A program made the translations under genes and the position numbers. Below are positions 12,701 to 21,255 of a stretch of 64,000 nt of DNA, piece by piece. The notes beneath the pieces are model-generated. The model was given only the letters and a program-made list of their open reading frames with translations. It searched no databases and was not told the DNA's origin. Within the stretch, counting starts at the first letter, position 1; each line of letters opens with the position of its first letter. The DNA is from a virus (Duplodnaviria > Caudoviricetes), in IMG/VR virus record IMGVR_UViG_3300021387_000682, positions 23,579 to 87,578 of that record; one strand, 5' to 3'.

Positions 12701-15700
12701 TATTGCCTTATCTCTTCTAGACCATCTAATGAAGTCTCTCATTGAAGAGTTGTTTCCAAATTCCGCTAAGAACTCATCAAAGTTGCTAACTACTGCACGC
12801 ATTGCTATTGCACGCTCAGTAGCTCCAGCAGCAAGATATTCTCTGTATCGCTTATACAGAACAGCCATCCTTCTGTTTGAGGGATTCTCCATTCCAGCAA
12901 GTGCTGCATGAACAAACTCATGGAATACTGTCTCAGCGAATGCCTTCTTGTTTTCAATTATTGATGCATCAATCAGAACCTCAACTGCACCATCGTTAGA
13001 CCCGTTAACTATAGTTCTTCCAAACGAACCAAGGTCTGACACCAATCTAATCTTCTTAACACCATTGGATGAAACCTTATCTATAAGCTTTGATACCAAG
13101 GCTGCTCTTATTGGGTCACTTGAAGCAAGGAGTCTAGGGACATCCTCTATTGATATATAAGTGCCATCCGAGTCTCTTTTTATGTATGAAGCAGATACAG
13201 ATCCGGCAAACAGTGGTCTGGATGAATTAAAGTATGCTCTAGATTGACCAAACTTCTCAATAAGAGCTTCTTCTACTGATGTTATGTCGCCTTCGGCTGG
13301 CGTACCATCTGTAGGGGTGACCTCCATCCCGCCAGTTGGTATAGTCATAGTAGACTCATTACTGCTTGTAACAGATGAACCGGTTCTTTTTATAACACCG
13401 GCGAATGAGATACCAGTTCTGTCGTTCTTATATGATAGTTCAACACTATCAACGCGATCAACATCAATTGTCACAACGCCACCACCGAACAATGCAGTTC
13501 CAGATTCGTCGTCAAATGCAGCTCCAACTGCAATAATATTCATTGAGCCTACCTTTACACCGCTATCCTGTATTCCGTATCTATATAAATTCTGTTGTCC
13601 ACAGTATCTACCTCCTTCGCTACACGCCGCCTTCAGTGCTTCTGTATTTTGCGTGTCAGCAACTTTAAAGTCAAATATATCAACAGAACCATCATTTCTG
13701 ATAACTAATACATCGGCTTCGCCTCTCAATACAACATGCTTTCCAACTGCACTATCTGGCAACATACTTCCGCTGGTTACAGTGATTTGTTCATCGGCAT
13801 TCTCAATTACAATTGCAGGGCCATCGAACAATACAGTAGTATTAGAGTCAACCGTAGCATTACTCTTAACCTTTACTTTATCACCATCTTGTACACCTAA
13901 CGAATTGTACACATCAACCATCTGTTTTGATATGTGTTCAAATTCATCTTTTATGCTATCTGCGTACTCGTCAATGATACTTTCGGTTACACCCTTCTCT
14001 ATTACTACATCGTTTTCTACTATGTTTTCTTCGCTTCCTTGATATTTCTTATTGATGCCGGTAATCGACCTAGAGACTGACTGTGCAAGTAAAAGTCCTA
14101 TTAATTCATCAGCTTGCTTCTGTCTACTTAATTCTGAATACGACTTAAGATTGACGCCCTTTTTAAATACAATGCTAATATTGCCATTACTCCTATTGCT
14201 GTTGATAACACTAGACGTCTTGATCGCAGACTTTATGGCGGCCTTAATATCTTCGGCATTTACGGTTCCATCACTATTTATTCGTATACCGCAAATTGAC
14301 GATATGCCATCGCTTCCTCTATTCTCTATGTACACACGGAGAAGGCTGTCGACAATAGTTCCTACGTATCTATCATTGTTAGTTCCGCCAAATAATTGAG
14401 TAGATTCAGAATCAGCAGCAATAATAGATGTTGCTCCGTAGTATACAACACTATTATCTTTGTTGAGGATTGCATTTCTGTCATCCATCTTGTTGAGCGC
14501 CTCAATGGTATCTTGCTGTGCATTGGTGGAGTTCTCTGTCTTTGTAGCACCAGTAGACGTGCGTTTTCCAAACTTTCTAACCTCACTCTTTGTTGCCGAT
14601 GAAGGTTTGATTCTAGACATTTCAACACCATCTACATATACATTTGGATTATTACCAGATAACTTTACCTTTCCACCAACACCAGCTTGAACGCTACTAA
14701 TAAGCGCTCCGTTTATCTGCATAGCCCTAGCTATATTAACATCGTCGATAGATGTGTCCATTGCGGTAAACACACCAGGTATAAAAATAACAGCTTTCCT
14801 TCCGCTCGATTTCTCAGTTGCTTCTTCGGCATATCTAAGATCGCTAGGGTCCTCATTTGATTTTATAAAGTTCTCTTTATTCATATTGAATGAGAACCTT
14901 TTATATATAGTTTCCAAGAGGTTCTTGGCTTGATTATCCTGTACACTATTTTCGTCACCTGGTTTACCTATATTGTATTCATGGGTTATAATTTTTGGCG
15001 ATCCATCTTCGTTTCTACCTTCAATGTATGATACCGATACAGCAAGTGTGCTACCAGATTCAGAATTAACAACCCTAAGTGACATGCCTGTAGTGTCAGT
15101 ATCTGGTTGTGCCTTTGTTAGTATAAAGCGATTCAGATACTTGATAAATGCACCATCAATCTCTCCATCATCATTAACTGCATTCTTTAGTAAGAATTTA
15201 GCAAAATCCCTTGCGTTATCATCTGTTAGCGTTCCATTGAACATTCCGATGTTACTACCACCAAACACAACATTCCTTTCCACACCAGCCTCATCTTTAA
15301 CCTTCAGAATAAGCTCAGACTGTCCAACCTTACTACTTGGTAATATAGATGAACTTCCTTGTCCATTAACCTTAGCTAAGGTAGATACTCCGCCATCCAC
15401 AACTGGTATATACCATACATTATCCGAAGATAATTCCACGTGCTTTAATATAGAGTTATCGTCATTTGACTGAAGCTTTTTCTCAGATACATCCATAGAT
15501 CTGTGGACGTGTGTTAATACAGCAATGTTATTGATTGTGTCAGTACCATTATCGCGTTCTATTAGTCCAATAATCTGTTCAACCAAATTAACCCTACTAT
15601 ACAACAAGGCCATGACTTCCCCGAGCATACCTTCTGCGTCACGAACTGTTCCACCATCCTTCGAAGCGTTACTAATTGTGCCACCATATAGATATCCAAT

Positions 15701-18700
15701 AGATACATCTTCCTTGCCGTCGGACCTAAGCATAACCTGGAACTCAAGCCCTTTTATTGCATTAAGTGCAGAATCTAAATGTTGCGCCGCAGTTACGGCG
15801 TCCATACCATTAAGCGAATCGCGCTCCTGCTTAAGGGCGTCTAAATATGACTTAAGATCATCTACGTTAACTACATTATTGCCGCGTGTTATCTTGAATA
15901 CAAACGAATTGTTTTGGTCTGAAAATGCCTGAACAAATGTATTTGCAGCATCAACTGCTGTGCCACTACCGTTATCAACGTAATATACGTAGTTTGCGAG
16001 CAATGGATTCTCAGGTATAGCGTGCCCATTTGGCATATTCTTCTGGACACTAGCAATATGGGCGTTCAATGTAGACGGAATAAATGCGGATAAGCCGTTT
16101 TTCTCTGCGAAGTCAATTATACAACTATTGAATGTCTCTATTATCATTTGACCACATCCTCTATTTGCAAACTCACTTACCAAGTAATTATATAAAGCAT
16201 CAATATTTCGCCTTACCTCATCATCTGTATCCATTCCAGGAACAGCATTAAACATAGCAGCAGCAAGCTCATCTGTGTTGCCAGGCGTCTTGTTGTCTCC
16301 GATTATGCTATTGTAAAGCCTACTACCAACTTCTACAGGATTGAATTTAGGCTCGTCATCTATATCAGGAGTACCATACCCAGAGCCTTCTTCAGCACGT
16401 GGTGATTCAACAGTGTTGGTGCTACCAGTGTTTGCTGGCTGGTTATTACCAGTAATCGTGCCAGTAGTTTCAGCTCCTGGCTCAGGTGTTACGGTTGGCA
16501 GTACAGCCTGCTCTACCTTATATATATCACCTGATACTACATCTATACTACCAATCTTGCTATGTGCACGTCTAACATCTGTCTTAATGCGCTTATTTCT
16601 AAGAGCGTTCGACTTCCTCTTCTTATCAAACTTATTATAATCAACCCTACTGTCTATTGTGTCGATAAAGCTAGATGCAAGTATATCCTCTGTAGATTCA
16701 ATTGAATCACCAGTGAGCGATAAGAGTTTCTGTATTAAGTCGTATGCGGGACTATCTTTATCTATTTCAGATGCAAGCTCCTTTATAGAATCCTTAAACG
16801 TCTTAGCGCCGAACATCTTCTTCGTTAACAGATCACGAACTGACGATACATCTCTATCGGAGAATGATTTATCCTTATTGATAATCCTCATCATCGCTCC
16901 ATATGAATCATTGATAGTCTTGCCAAATAATCCATTAAAGATATCTTCATCAGAATCAGGAAGTAACTCTCTTGTGGTTACTATTCCAGCGTTGTGGATA
17001 TTATTCAGTGTATGCTTATACTCTTCAACAACCTCTCCATTCTGCTTCAAGACCTCTTCACCTCTTATTGCTATACCATTAAGCTGATTATCTATGAAGC
17101 GCAATGCATTCTCTTTTACACCACTGTTTGATGTAAGGCTGCTAACAAGATTATCTATAAGACCTTCGATCTTCTTTGGGTCGATACCGCTAATCCCGAG
17201 TGTTTTTATTACGTCATCAACAATCTGCTTTTTTGCGCTCTTCTTCATAGCAGACTCCAATGTGGAGTTATCGTTGTAGAAGGAGCTAATTGCAGCAGAT
17301 ACAACAGATGATATTATGCTGTCTTCTGTAATCTTATTGGTAGCAGCAAGCTTGACCTCATCGCTCAAGGAACTGCTATCGATTATACCCTTAAGTACAT
17401 CTATAGCCGCCTTAACATCACCATTAAATTTACCATTGTTTGCAATAGATGTTATTTCAGACCTAGCATCGTTAGAGGCATCATCGTAGAGCTGCCCTAA
17501 TCTTTGATTAGCAAAGTACATGCTCAACCACATAGCTTTACTATTCTCGTCGTTATCAATGCCTATTGCTTTAAACACATCACTAAAAGCGATATCAGCA
17601 AACTTGGACATCTTCGCAATCTGATTTGCATACTGCAACTCGCTCATTACCTTTCTAACCTTCCCGCTATTCTCTGAGCCTGAGATTACATATCTATCAT
17701 CATCAATCTTTTCATATTTGTGCCTCTTGCCAAACAGTGTACCAAGGCTACTAAATGTCTTGTCATTGAGCTCATCCTCATACTTGTCGAGGATATCATT
17801 AAGCCTACCAGACTTCCTAAGCAGCTGATATACATACGCATTTCTAACCAAAGCCTTATGCTGTGCTGCAAACATCTTGCGAATAGCATTAACTCTATCC
17901 TTTTCAGAGCCAGTACGGGTATCGCTATCAGAGAATGCATTCTGCATATTTACTCTCATGTTATCGCTAACAGCTGGAGTTGCATTGCCATTCTCATCTA
18001 CATCGAACTCAATGCCTGTATCGATCTCCTTACCAGTCTCATCGGCAATTCTAAGTGTAAACGGAGAGTTGTCGTCCTTACGTCTTAATACACCGCCAGA
18101 TGATGCTATCAGCTGATTATAGCTCTTACCGTTAATCTTATCAGCATTGTCTAAGATGGCATCCATAATGGACTTATTCGAAGCTCTAACAATAGCTTGT
18201 GTCCCAGCGTACTGAGATATGGCAGAAACCAGTATCTTCTCCTGGTCTGTATATTGACTTGGATCCTTACCCAATAAGCCAAATATACTAAGTATATCAC
18301 CGCCTACGGTAGACTCCTCTTCAAACGAGCTCAAATCACCCCTTTTTATTTGATTTAAGACGTTTTCTACTTCTTGGTTGATAGTTACCCTAGAAGCCTT
18401 CATTAAGTCCTTAAACTGCTTATTTAAGGCCTTCTCGGTCTCCTCATCTATTGCATTGAGACCATTATCCATTCTATACTTATCTAAGAACGCCTGCCTA
18501 AGTATCTCCTCAGAGTCTGCTATAGCCCGTCTACCAGACTTAAATTTACCATAGCTCCTAACAACCTTATCAAGTCCAGCTGTAGCAATAGACTGCTGTC
18601 CCATAGCTGCAGCAAGGTGTATAAACGTATCAAGGTTCTTTTGTGGATCAATAACACTCTTCCAGTCATTCAGGTTCATTCCTGCTTGGAATATGTTATT

Positions 18701-21244
18701 AGCAACCTCCTCTAAGAACTCACCAGGGAGTGAGCTTGTTATGCCAAAGGTGTACTTAGTTAATGTTTTATTTGCACGGCCTAACCATGTTCTGGATATT
18801 CTACTGATGCCCTTACCTTTAAATATGAATGCACCAATCTTATCTATAAGCTGTCCAGAATGCTCAGAACCATACTCACCAGATGCTTCTATCAATGCTG
18901 CATTTTCAAATTCATCTTCAGTATCTATATACTCTCCGCTTGCATTCTTCAAGAACTCCTGGTCGTAGCCGAACTCATCTTCACCAGCAAAAGCCTTCTT
19001 TGTTAAGATGCCTGTCTTGTATCTATTATAAGACTCCTGCTTCATACCGAGTCCAATTGTGTTAGCTTCAATCAATCCAGATGTAGCAATAGCACCAACC
19101 TCAGCTGCTGTCGCTCCAGTCCTAGCTAACCACTTGGCCTTATTGGAAATCTTACCGCCTTTTTGTACGGCATTCATTATAGCTCCGTATGTCCTATTAT
19201 ACTGAGAGCCCTCCATTACGCCGCCGAGTACATCTATAGTAGCTCCTGCGTATTTACCAAACTTGCCTAGTTTCTGACTAGCACTAAGAAGTTTACCTCC
19301 TCTGGATATAAGAGATCCAGCCTTAACCCAACCTCCAATTGGTATTGCAAACGAGGCCATATCAACGGCTCCATTAGAAAGGTCGTATAATGAACTTGTA
19401 TACCCCTCTTTCTTCAATACAGTTGCTATAGCTTCCGCTGATTGCTTTTGATATGCTGCATCTACAGCCATCTTCTCTGCCTTTGTTAAGGCGTTTCCAG
19501 CCTTGGCTTTCTTAATTATATCTCCAACGCCCTCATCTCTAAAATCACCGAACAAAAATGAATCATCAACATATCTGCTACCATGTTCCCATACATTGTT
19601 CTTTATTGACCTAAGAGCCTTTCCTGCAACGGTACCCTCATCAAGCATTATCTTTTGAGCCTCGAGTGTTTTAATTGCATCCTCATTCGCTCTATATGCT
19701 GTATTGATAGCTTCAGCCTCTGTATTATCGACATCACTTAAACCATTTGGTTTTGCAAAACTTCCAGACTTCATCTTTATATCATCAGGAAGTGCGCCGG
19801 TTTTCTTATAGAAGTCGTCTCTAACTTTATCAATTTCTAATGTTTTGTTGCGTAGCTTATCCAGCCTTCCGTCGATCAACTCCTTCTGTCTAACAAGGTT
19901 CAAGTGCTTCAATGCTGCATTACCGCTCGCTCCTGCATTTACCTTAGCGTACTCCTCTTCTATTGTACCACCAGCGATTCTATTATTTGCCGCATTTTCA
20001 ACACCAGACATTGTTGCAGCTTGTCCAAATGATTCATATGGATCTGCACCAACATATTTAAATATTGAGTTATCGTCCGACCTTTCGCTATGGCCAGATC
20101 TTAACTGATACTTTAGCGCCGTAGCAGCGTCAACATTCTTATACTTATCACCAAACTTCTTATCGAATGCTGCGTATGCTGCATTCTCATCCTTTTCTCT
20201 CGCTGCAATTGGCATGTAGTCGTCATACAGCGACATCAATGTAGATTCATTGACGTTACCAGAGATTACACCATCATTCTTTAACGATGTAAGCAGGTCT
20301 TCCTTTTGTTTGGTATAGAAATCAACTTCCTCAGGAGTCTTAGCATTTGCTATGTTGTCGTTGGCCTTCTTAACCATTATGGCTGGAAGACCAAATGCGT
20401 CCAACTCCTCTGTTGAATTTAAACTATACTTATCTGCAACAGCCTGCTTATTCCTTGCCGTCTCCCTTACACTATTGTCTAGGTTTCTTGAGAATGCAGA
20501 AGCCTCATCAAGTGTGTTGACGTCAGGTAAGGCCGTAGCATCCGCAGGATTTATTGCGGTCTTTAATGACAATCTAGCCTTCTTCAGAGCGTCTAGCTTC
20601 TTTACATCATCTGATACATCGCTCTTAGCGCTAGGATTCAAGATGTAATTAGATACAGCCTTTGCGCCACCCTTCTCCTTTATGCTAGCCTCAGTCTTCT
20701 TTATCTCATCATCTAATATCCACGACAATCCATTTATATCCTGCTCAGATAGCTTAGGCCCCATATTGTACGCCTGTGATATAATATCATCTCCACCCTG
20801 GCCAACTAAGCCTCTAGTTAACCCTTGAACAGTATTAAGGGCTGAATCGTATGCGTATGTACCCTGCTGTTGGTTCTTTAAATCATTAATAGCCGACAAG
20901 AGTTGTCTCATCGGCTTTGATTTAATATATTTATTTAAGTTATCAAATAGAGATGATTCTTTATTTGATCTATTGTCTGCATCTGTTGTATTATCAACAA
21001 TGCTTATAGATTCATTACCATTGTTATCCGCATCTCTACTTGCAAGCTTTTCTTTTTTTACAGATTCATTATATCTGGCTACTTCATCCTCTACGAATTT
21101 TTCTACATCTCCGCCATCGTGCGACTTAATAGATTCCTCTCGAAATCTATTATATGCATCCGCTCGTCGCCTGTTTAGCTCGATGCGCATATCCTTGGTT
21201 ATCCCTTTGGTTATATCACCGTAATTTAACTCACGTCTTGGCAT
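3713..21244 (-). CDS. Giant virion-associated DNA-dependent RNA polymerase polyprotein (crAss-type two-barrel RNAP, 5843 aa) with PD-(D/E)xK nuclease and zincin domains
   Basis: Catalytic loop GSDFDIDKLY (DFDID 7223-7237) preceded by GYRVPTQ; second-barrel motifs SSDGACFI (~8570) and MKMAVFPL (~8300); HEFVH (12908-12922); GEADVL...FDFK...QQNLY (13580-13725). Lies next to cargo and muzzle genes, as in Crassvirales. Confidence 0.93.
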   Translation of the reverse strand: MPRRELNYGDITKGITKDMRIELNRRRADAYNRFREESIKSHDGGDVEKFVEDEVARYNESVKKEKLASRDADNNGNESISIVDNTTDADNRSNKESSLFDNLNKYIKSKPMRQLLSAINDLKNQQQGTYAYDSALNTVQGLTRGLVGQGGDDIISQAYNMGPKLSEQDINGLSWILDDEIKKTEASIKEKGGAKAVSNYILNPSAKSDVSDDVKKLDALKKARLSLKTAINPADATALPDVNTLDEASAFSRNLDNSVRETARNKQAVADKYSLNSTEELDAFGLPAIMVKKANDNIANAKTPEEVDFYTKQKEDLLTSLKNDGVISGNVNESTLMSLYDDYMPIAAREKDENAAYAAFDKKFGDKYKNVDAATALKYQLRSGHSERSDDNSIFKYVGADPYESFGQAATMSGVENAANNRIAGGTIEEEYAKVNAGASGNAALKHLNLVRQKELIDGRLDKLRNKTLEIDKVRDDFYKKTGALPDDIKMKSGSFAKPNGLSDVDNTEAEAINTAYRANEDAIKTLEAQKIMLDEGTVAGKALRSIKNNVWEHGSRYVDDSFLFGDFRDEGVGDIIKKAKAGNALTKAEKMAVDAAYQKQSAEAIATVLKKEGYTSSLYDLSNGAVDMASFAIPIGGWVKAGSLISRGGKLLSASQKLGKFGKYAGATIDVLGGVMEGSQYNRTYGAIMNAVQKGGKISNKAKWLARTGATAAEVGAIATSGLIEANTIGLGMKQESYNRYKTGILTKKAFAGEDEFGYDQEFLKNASGEYIDTEDEFENAALIEASGEYGSEHSGQLIDKIGAFIFKGKGISRISRTWLGRANKTLTKYTFGITSSLPGEFLEEVANNIFQAGMNLNDWKSVIDPQKNLDTFIHLAAAMGQQSIATAGLDKVVRSYGKFKSGRRAIADSEEILRQAFLDKYRMDNGLNAIDEETEKALNKQFKDLMKASRVTINQEVENVLNQIKRGDLSSFEEESTVGGDILSIFGLLGKDPSQYTDQEKILVSAISQYAGTQAIVRASNKSIMDAILDNADKINGKSYNQLIASSGGVLRRKDDNSPFTLRIADETGKEIDTGIEFDVDENGNATPAVSDNMRVNMQNAFSDSDTRTGSEKDRVNAIRKMFAAQHKALVRNAYVYQLLRKSGRLNDILDKYEDELNDKTFSSLGTLFGKRHKYEKIDDDRYVISGSENSGKVRKVMSELQYANQIAKMSKFADIAFSDVFKAIGIDNDENSKAMWLSMYFANQRLGQLYDDASNDARSEITSIANNGKFNGDVKAAIDVLKGIIDSSSLSDEVKLAATNKITEDSIISSVVSAAISSFYNDNSTLESAMKKSAKKQIVDDVIKTLGISGIDPKKIEGLIDNLVSSLTSNSGVKENALRFIDNQLNGIAIRGEEVLKQNGEVVEEYKHTLNNIHNAGIVTTRELLPDSDEDIFNGLFGKTINDSYGAMMRIINKDKSFSDRDVSSVRDLLTKKMFGAKTFKDSIKELASEIDKDSPAYDLIQKLLSLTGDSIESTEDILASSFIDTIDSRVDYNKFDKKRKSNALRNKRIKTDVRRAHSKIGSIDVVSGDIYKVEQAVLPTVTPEPGAETTGTITGNNQPANTGSTNTVESPRAEEGSGYGTPDIDDEPKFNPVEVGSRLYNSIIGDNKTPGNTDELAAAMFNAVPGMDTDDEVRRNIDALYNYLVSEFANRGCGQMIIETFNSCIIDFAEKNGLSAFIPSTLNAHIASVQKNMPNGHAIPENPLLANYVYYVDNGSGTAVDAANTFVQAFSDQNNSFVFKITRGNNVVNVDDLKSYLDALKQERDSLNGMDAVTAAQHLDSALNAIKGLEFQVMLRSDGKEDVSIGYLYGGTISNASKDGGTVRDAEGMLGEVMALLYSRVNLVEQIIGLIERDNGTDTINNIAVLTHVHRSMDVSEKKLQSNDDNSILKHVELSSDNVWYIPVVDGGVSTLAKVNGQGSSSILPSSKVGQSELILKVKDEAGVERNVVFGGSNIGMFNGTLTDDNARDFAKFLLKNAVNDDGEIDGAFIKYLNRFILTKAQPDTDTTGMSLRVVNSESGSTLAVSVSYIEGRNEDGSPKIITHEYNIGKPGDENSVQDNQAKNLLETIYKRFSFNMNKENFIKSNEDPSDLRYAEEATEKSSGRKAVIFIPGVFTAMDTSIDDVNIARAMQINGALISSVQAGVGGKVKLSGNNPNVYVDGVEMSRIKPSSATKSEVRKFGKRTSTGATKTENSTNAQQDTIEALNKMDDRNAILNKDNSVVYYGATSIIAADSESTQLFGGTNNDRYVGTIVDSLLRVYIENRGSDGISSICGIRINSDGTVNAEDIKAAIKSAIKTSSVINSNRSNGNISIVFKKGVNLKSYSELSRQKQADELIGLLLAQSVSRSITGINKKYQGSEENIVENDVVIEKGVTESIIDEYADSIKDEFEHISKQMVDVYNSLGVQDGDKVKVKSNATVDSNTTVLFDGPAIVIENADEQITVTSGSMLPDSAVGKHVVLRGEADVLVIRNDGSVDIFDFKVADTQNTEALKAACSEGGRYCGQQNLYRYGIQDSGVKVGSMNIIAVGAAFDDESGTALFGGGVVTIDVDRVDSVELSYKNDRTGISFAGVIKRTGSSVTSSNESTMTIPTGGMEVTPTDGTPAEGDITSVEEALIEKFGQSRAYFNSSRPLFAGSVSASYIKRDSDGTYISIEDVPRLLASSDPIRAALVSKLIDKVSSNGVKKIRLVSDLGSFGRTIVNGSNDGAVEVLIDASIIENKKAFAETVFHEFVHAALAGMENPSNRRMAVLYKRYREYLAAGATERAIAMRAVVSNFDEFLAEFGNNSSMRDFIRWSRRDKAISAGYPSYIAKIYDAILSFIGGILEFFGFADISTNRVKSIVFSELSDMITIAAPAIGCADGAIKRVYNRANYIEIKSATDDGDIEFIASKKIWGIVDAIKTVKEFELSSLDEDKDIDLTIKALNSTMTAASVLALCKPKSDTVSRICSSITNGLNTLRELREGKISAPTIEQIPDLRVLISIIDAAISVRIPSGSKYRNDRELYNDTLTALANEISAEVGNESTSLYSNKNVKSIATALSVSRTWFDEELESILDEVKLAADIMSSKDAVVVDRLSEAKKDGAFDGIIGDKSLRLNPDASGNRQKISFFGTSLVSKIEIDGKTVYDERTADTTYFVRNAINASKNELSNDDISGLFRHVNTAAEVQSIVSSIFYRYASLSVSIAGVNDVTLSPRIIKLAIKAKIDNLAKSILSDPNNAKDSDIKTYETLRDLYDNISVGEGADSGAISNIVSDAIKNVNSIVNIRNEGDIESADNLQDIIQYKENPVSPIETMSKRAGFLLSLIPKLKINKDESISNVRSKLTGFDEFYQRRDVYQTLLAVTKGASTLGEFVNAIAIAANKKSKDATIDGKRYNLGIVKSFYEILAKSDVGSKFNLRADTGFNAGPGFRTFDLANIFVFLNRDVVSTVSIEITNGGYELIDIKNSGDYARVELNAASSRAGGNILSALGISNYDPTDDKQYDAILNHLSGEKGLRETCLAVKRGSQINKEKLYNIITQLGFFPSQEELDTLMEDVRSTAANLVEVIDYVVGTLNDDVKLAEEDDSGNVAYRFTSSMYQYRGRLHRKSYRSVWNFVRSYTQNRVAASDFTTRNSKGEIVNLNKQSSYIESMLRKIALAKLAAGVGNNSIYASEAEKISEACELNGLVRNDIYTYSGDMSVCQINTMRLAKSGASTRPSDYRNRSKIDYLYERCALLLNGHILMPTMASNGFGETLYSKTRALMVTGSEDGNSRDALVTGDGTEVKRTSKLLKEIEARAVVEANNALRVIEDLMSIAGSNSSETSAKYNAMQDKTVFKKNFHLKKTPSKVNGEWSLEVGAGVTMPRFGKIFYEVKVNGEIKKRCLDINKLIQDRIKDHGSDMKAALTEAKSIIEIARAIYERDMSQLLEYKTEDGKEKVVIKDSIKSIAGGDGNPIGDAILFARETLFDHDKYGNRVGEQKGPTKIFNGVVDKLLRVLADNTIDTLKRDGLFDDSGYAIFDLPGIPTQNGAYNLNFDVKGTDIIRYFMAIEGLNLLSLCDFENFYGVPLSLFKDETDQTKRYQSLMSTGSEGGVFDGYEKVNPEDPDTDDTIMSETTLSYLSMKDVVVSEDTESNGVFVGGAGFKMESVFRDLAISITDRSKFNSDDDYNKAIDDFVLLRMNALEAPKDEDGIIKSSDGACFITLDAYKKYLIKEGRYRLSDIEEYFERLSNGEELSRPELIAIHQRCILSPMKLIYCGQSIDETKATEAGTSSTTKTGTVTARVMKMAVFPLLPGMCQPGSIGARLNEIAKRTGADLIGDNEIEKFGSSEVHEIFKYNKSDGSIGELAEAKNKKMVPSKIKFQMLRRQLETNPHEHAERKLGTQLMAITMGNLVDGNNKEITFYGETVSGEKICSDIMSNMKALEMNEYCRLLSEWSIADKNGELHISVAKLRSLIESSASTNNLGVDVFAAARKIGTEDAVPVSVIMSSSLFSARIMAIVKQNVQSIQTQGGAFIQVPQTLFRTIDGSGRPRLKLSNEHNAMDCYVSINLFADLLSDVDWSKWRIKHGKDGGNPGTYSVAEAREYLTENKVIGANAEPLGVGYRVPTQSKASISALRVMDIVGAECGDIIVLPDGYVNITGSDFDIDKLYVAIKNKFISVNNEVISAEEKLDEIKRKIDAYKDVKDITLKALVNKTLELQSSVLSSNMIRSYIGIMTSPEQWAETHTTIDSGSTIFKDEDVGLIKRLHTRNTGIDVKNIMVNGVENSSTSVYRNSLMYQINKKMENSGATDGIAPFALASVNHVYAQIAGLDLSARGKAILGLTGKDRTLSGVKSRDDVYITDWLSYFINAHVDAVKDPYILDFNINETTWSAAAVLLRAGFGRQALFLMSQDSIRVLSAAKSLGTSASYSNYKERAKTRESNIISRYVSKMRDTINISFTKATVDDGAINPAIMGSVDASKIISPDKKTDSSDDRNKYMFLSDGSINPSYEFGDEATLLFGDTSPINVRVGDKLKYQNNQIALLEAMAEMTATGANIVEYTIYKPVHDAKGNLTGYNEENVKLNKATYAACQLILMRQMVEVDKIGSELDTVVKSCQVEQGKTGINAYGFEKYLSTIADAIKPKEDGMLDTQSVRRMYSNNHFLDKILTVDSINKILLNGVSVSTMDNATTLYGGIMEATGNKYSTDRRLSAMVSSAIENESLISALNIDNEYVGKALFGDGKDLSLSAGSLWNAFCSAVTTGAVYDDVFDQSTLDSLQAMKGCNVWTPWGVIGTVIKTDVFNENNSIYIEKLKLVISRLYNDNMKIKLMIKGNNTFINTRDLVKKIVVAALYTGGLVRSKSNVFTLLMPHAASVLVELSESDNGTQVEKKQANIVDSNSFISNKNVYEFILKYGNLNGLIHDYTFENDGSFDEFEVPDVFAYKKPNAKNKIVKTSSGMPVIFMSSNYELYNKTFVRVTRGGISKIYMNIARIPGLVGENIGEGDKTGLQFPSVKYSTSGEGEESLSIGPKPKTVKQACIFVEAPMMSFVNNGLNIVNSNGIFGYDDNFNNILTFGGEFIPSGSSTNLCMTYINGVVKNLIDKYERLIDGDGKNKNGIDTDTKNTMKVIIDQFKSGKIMLGSMSKAKGYNTYVKKNKGGKEVEETNMIDINDVIFESTVVYTQDPDNTIEGVDTPAILTSEFLTNVVSEAVSFMNNVISTFSSVDTDDLLVRSMIDKKRNSIVKNIDKITTGINEDVVSSTLAILDGIELSDDDPYKDMKSDFIESLKSAITSAVERSDESTIKVGSSLSKDKQPGVNPKAVDNGEVNEAIENCL

Positions 21245-21255
21245 AATTATAAAAT

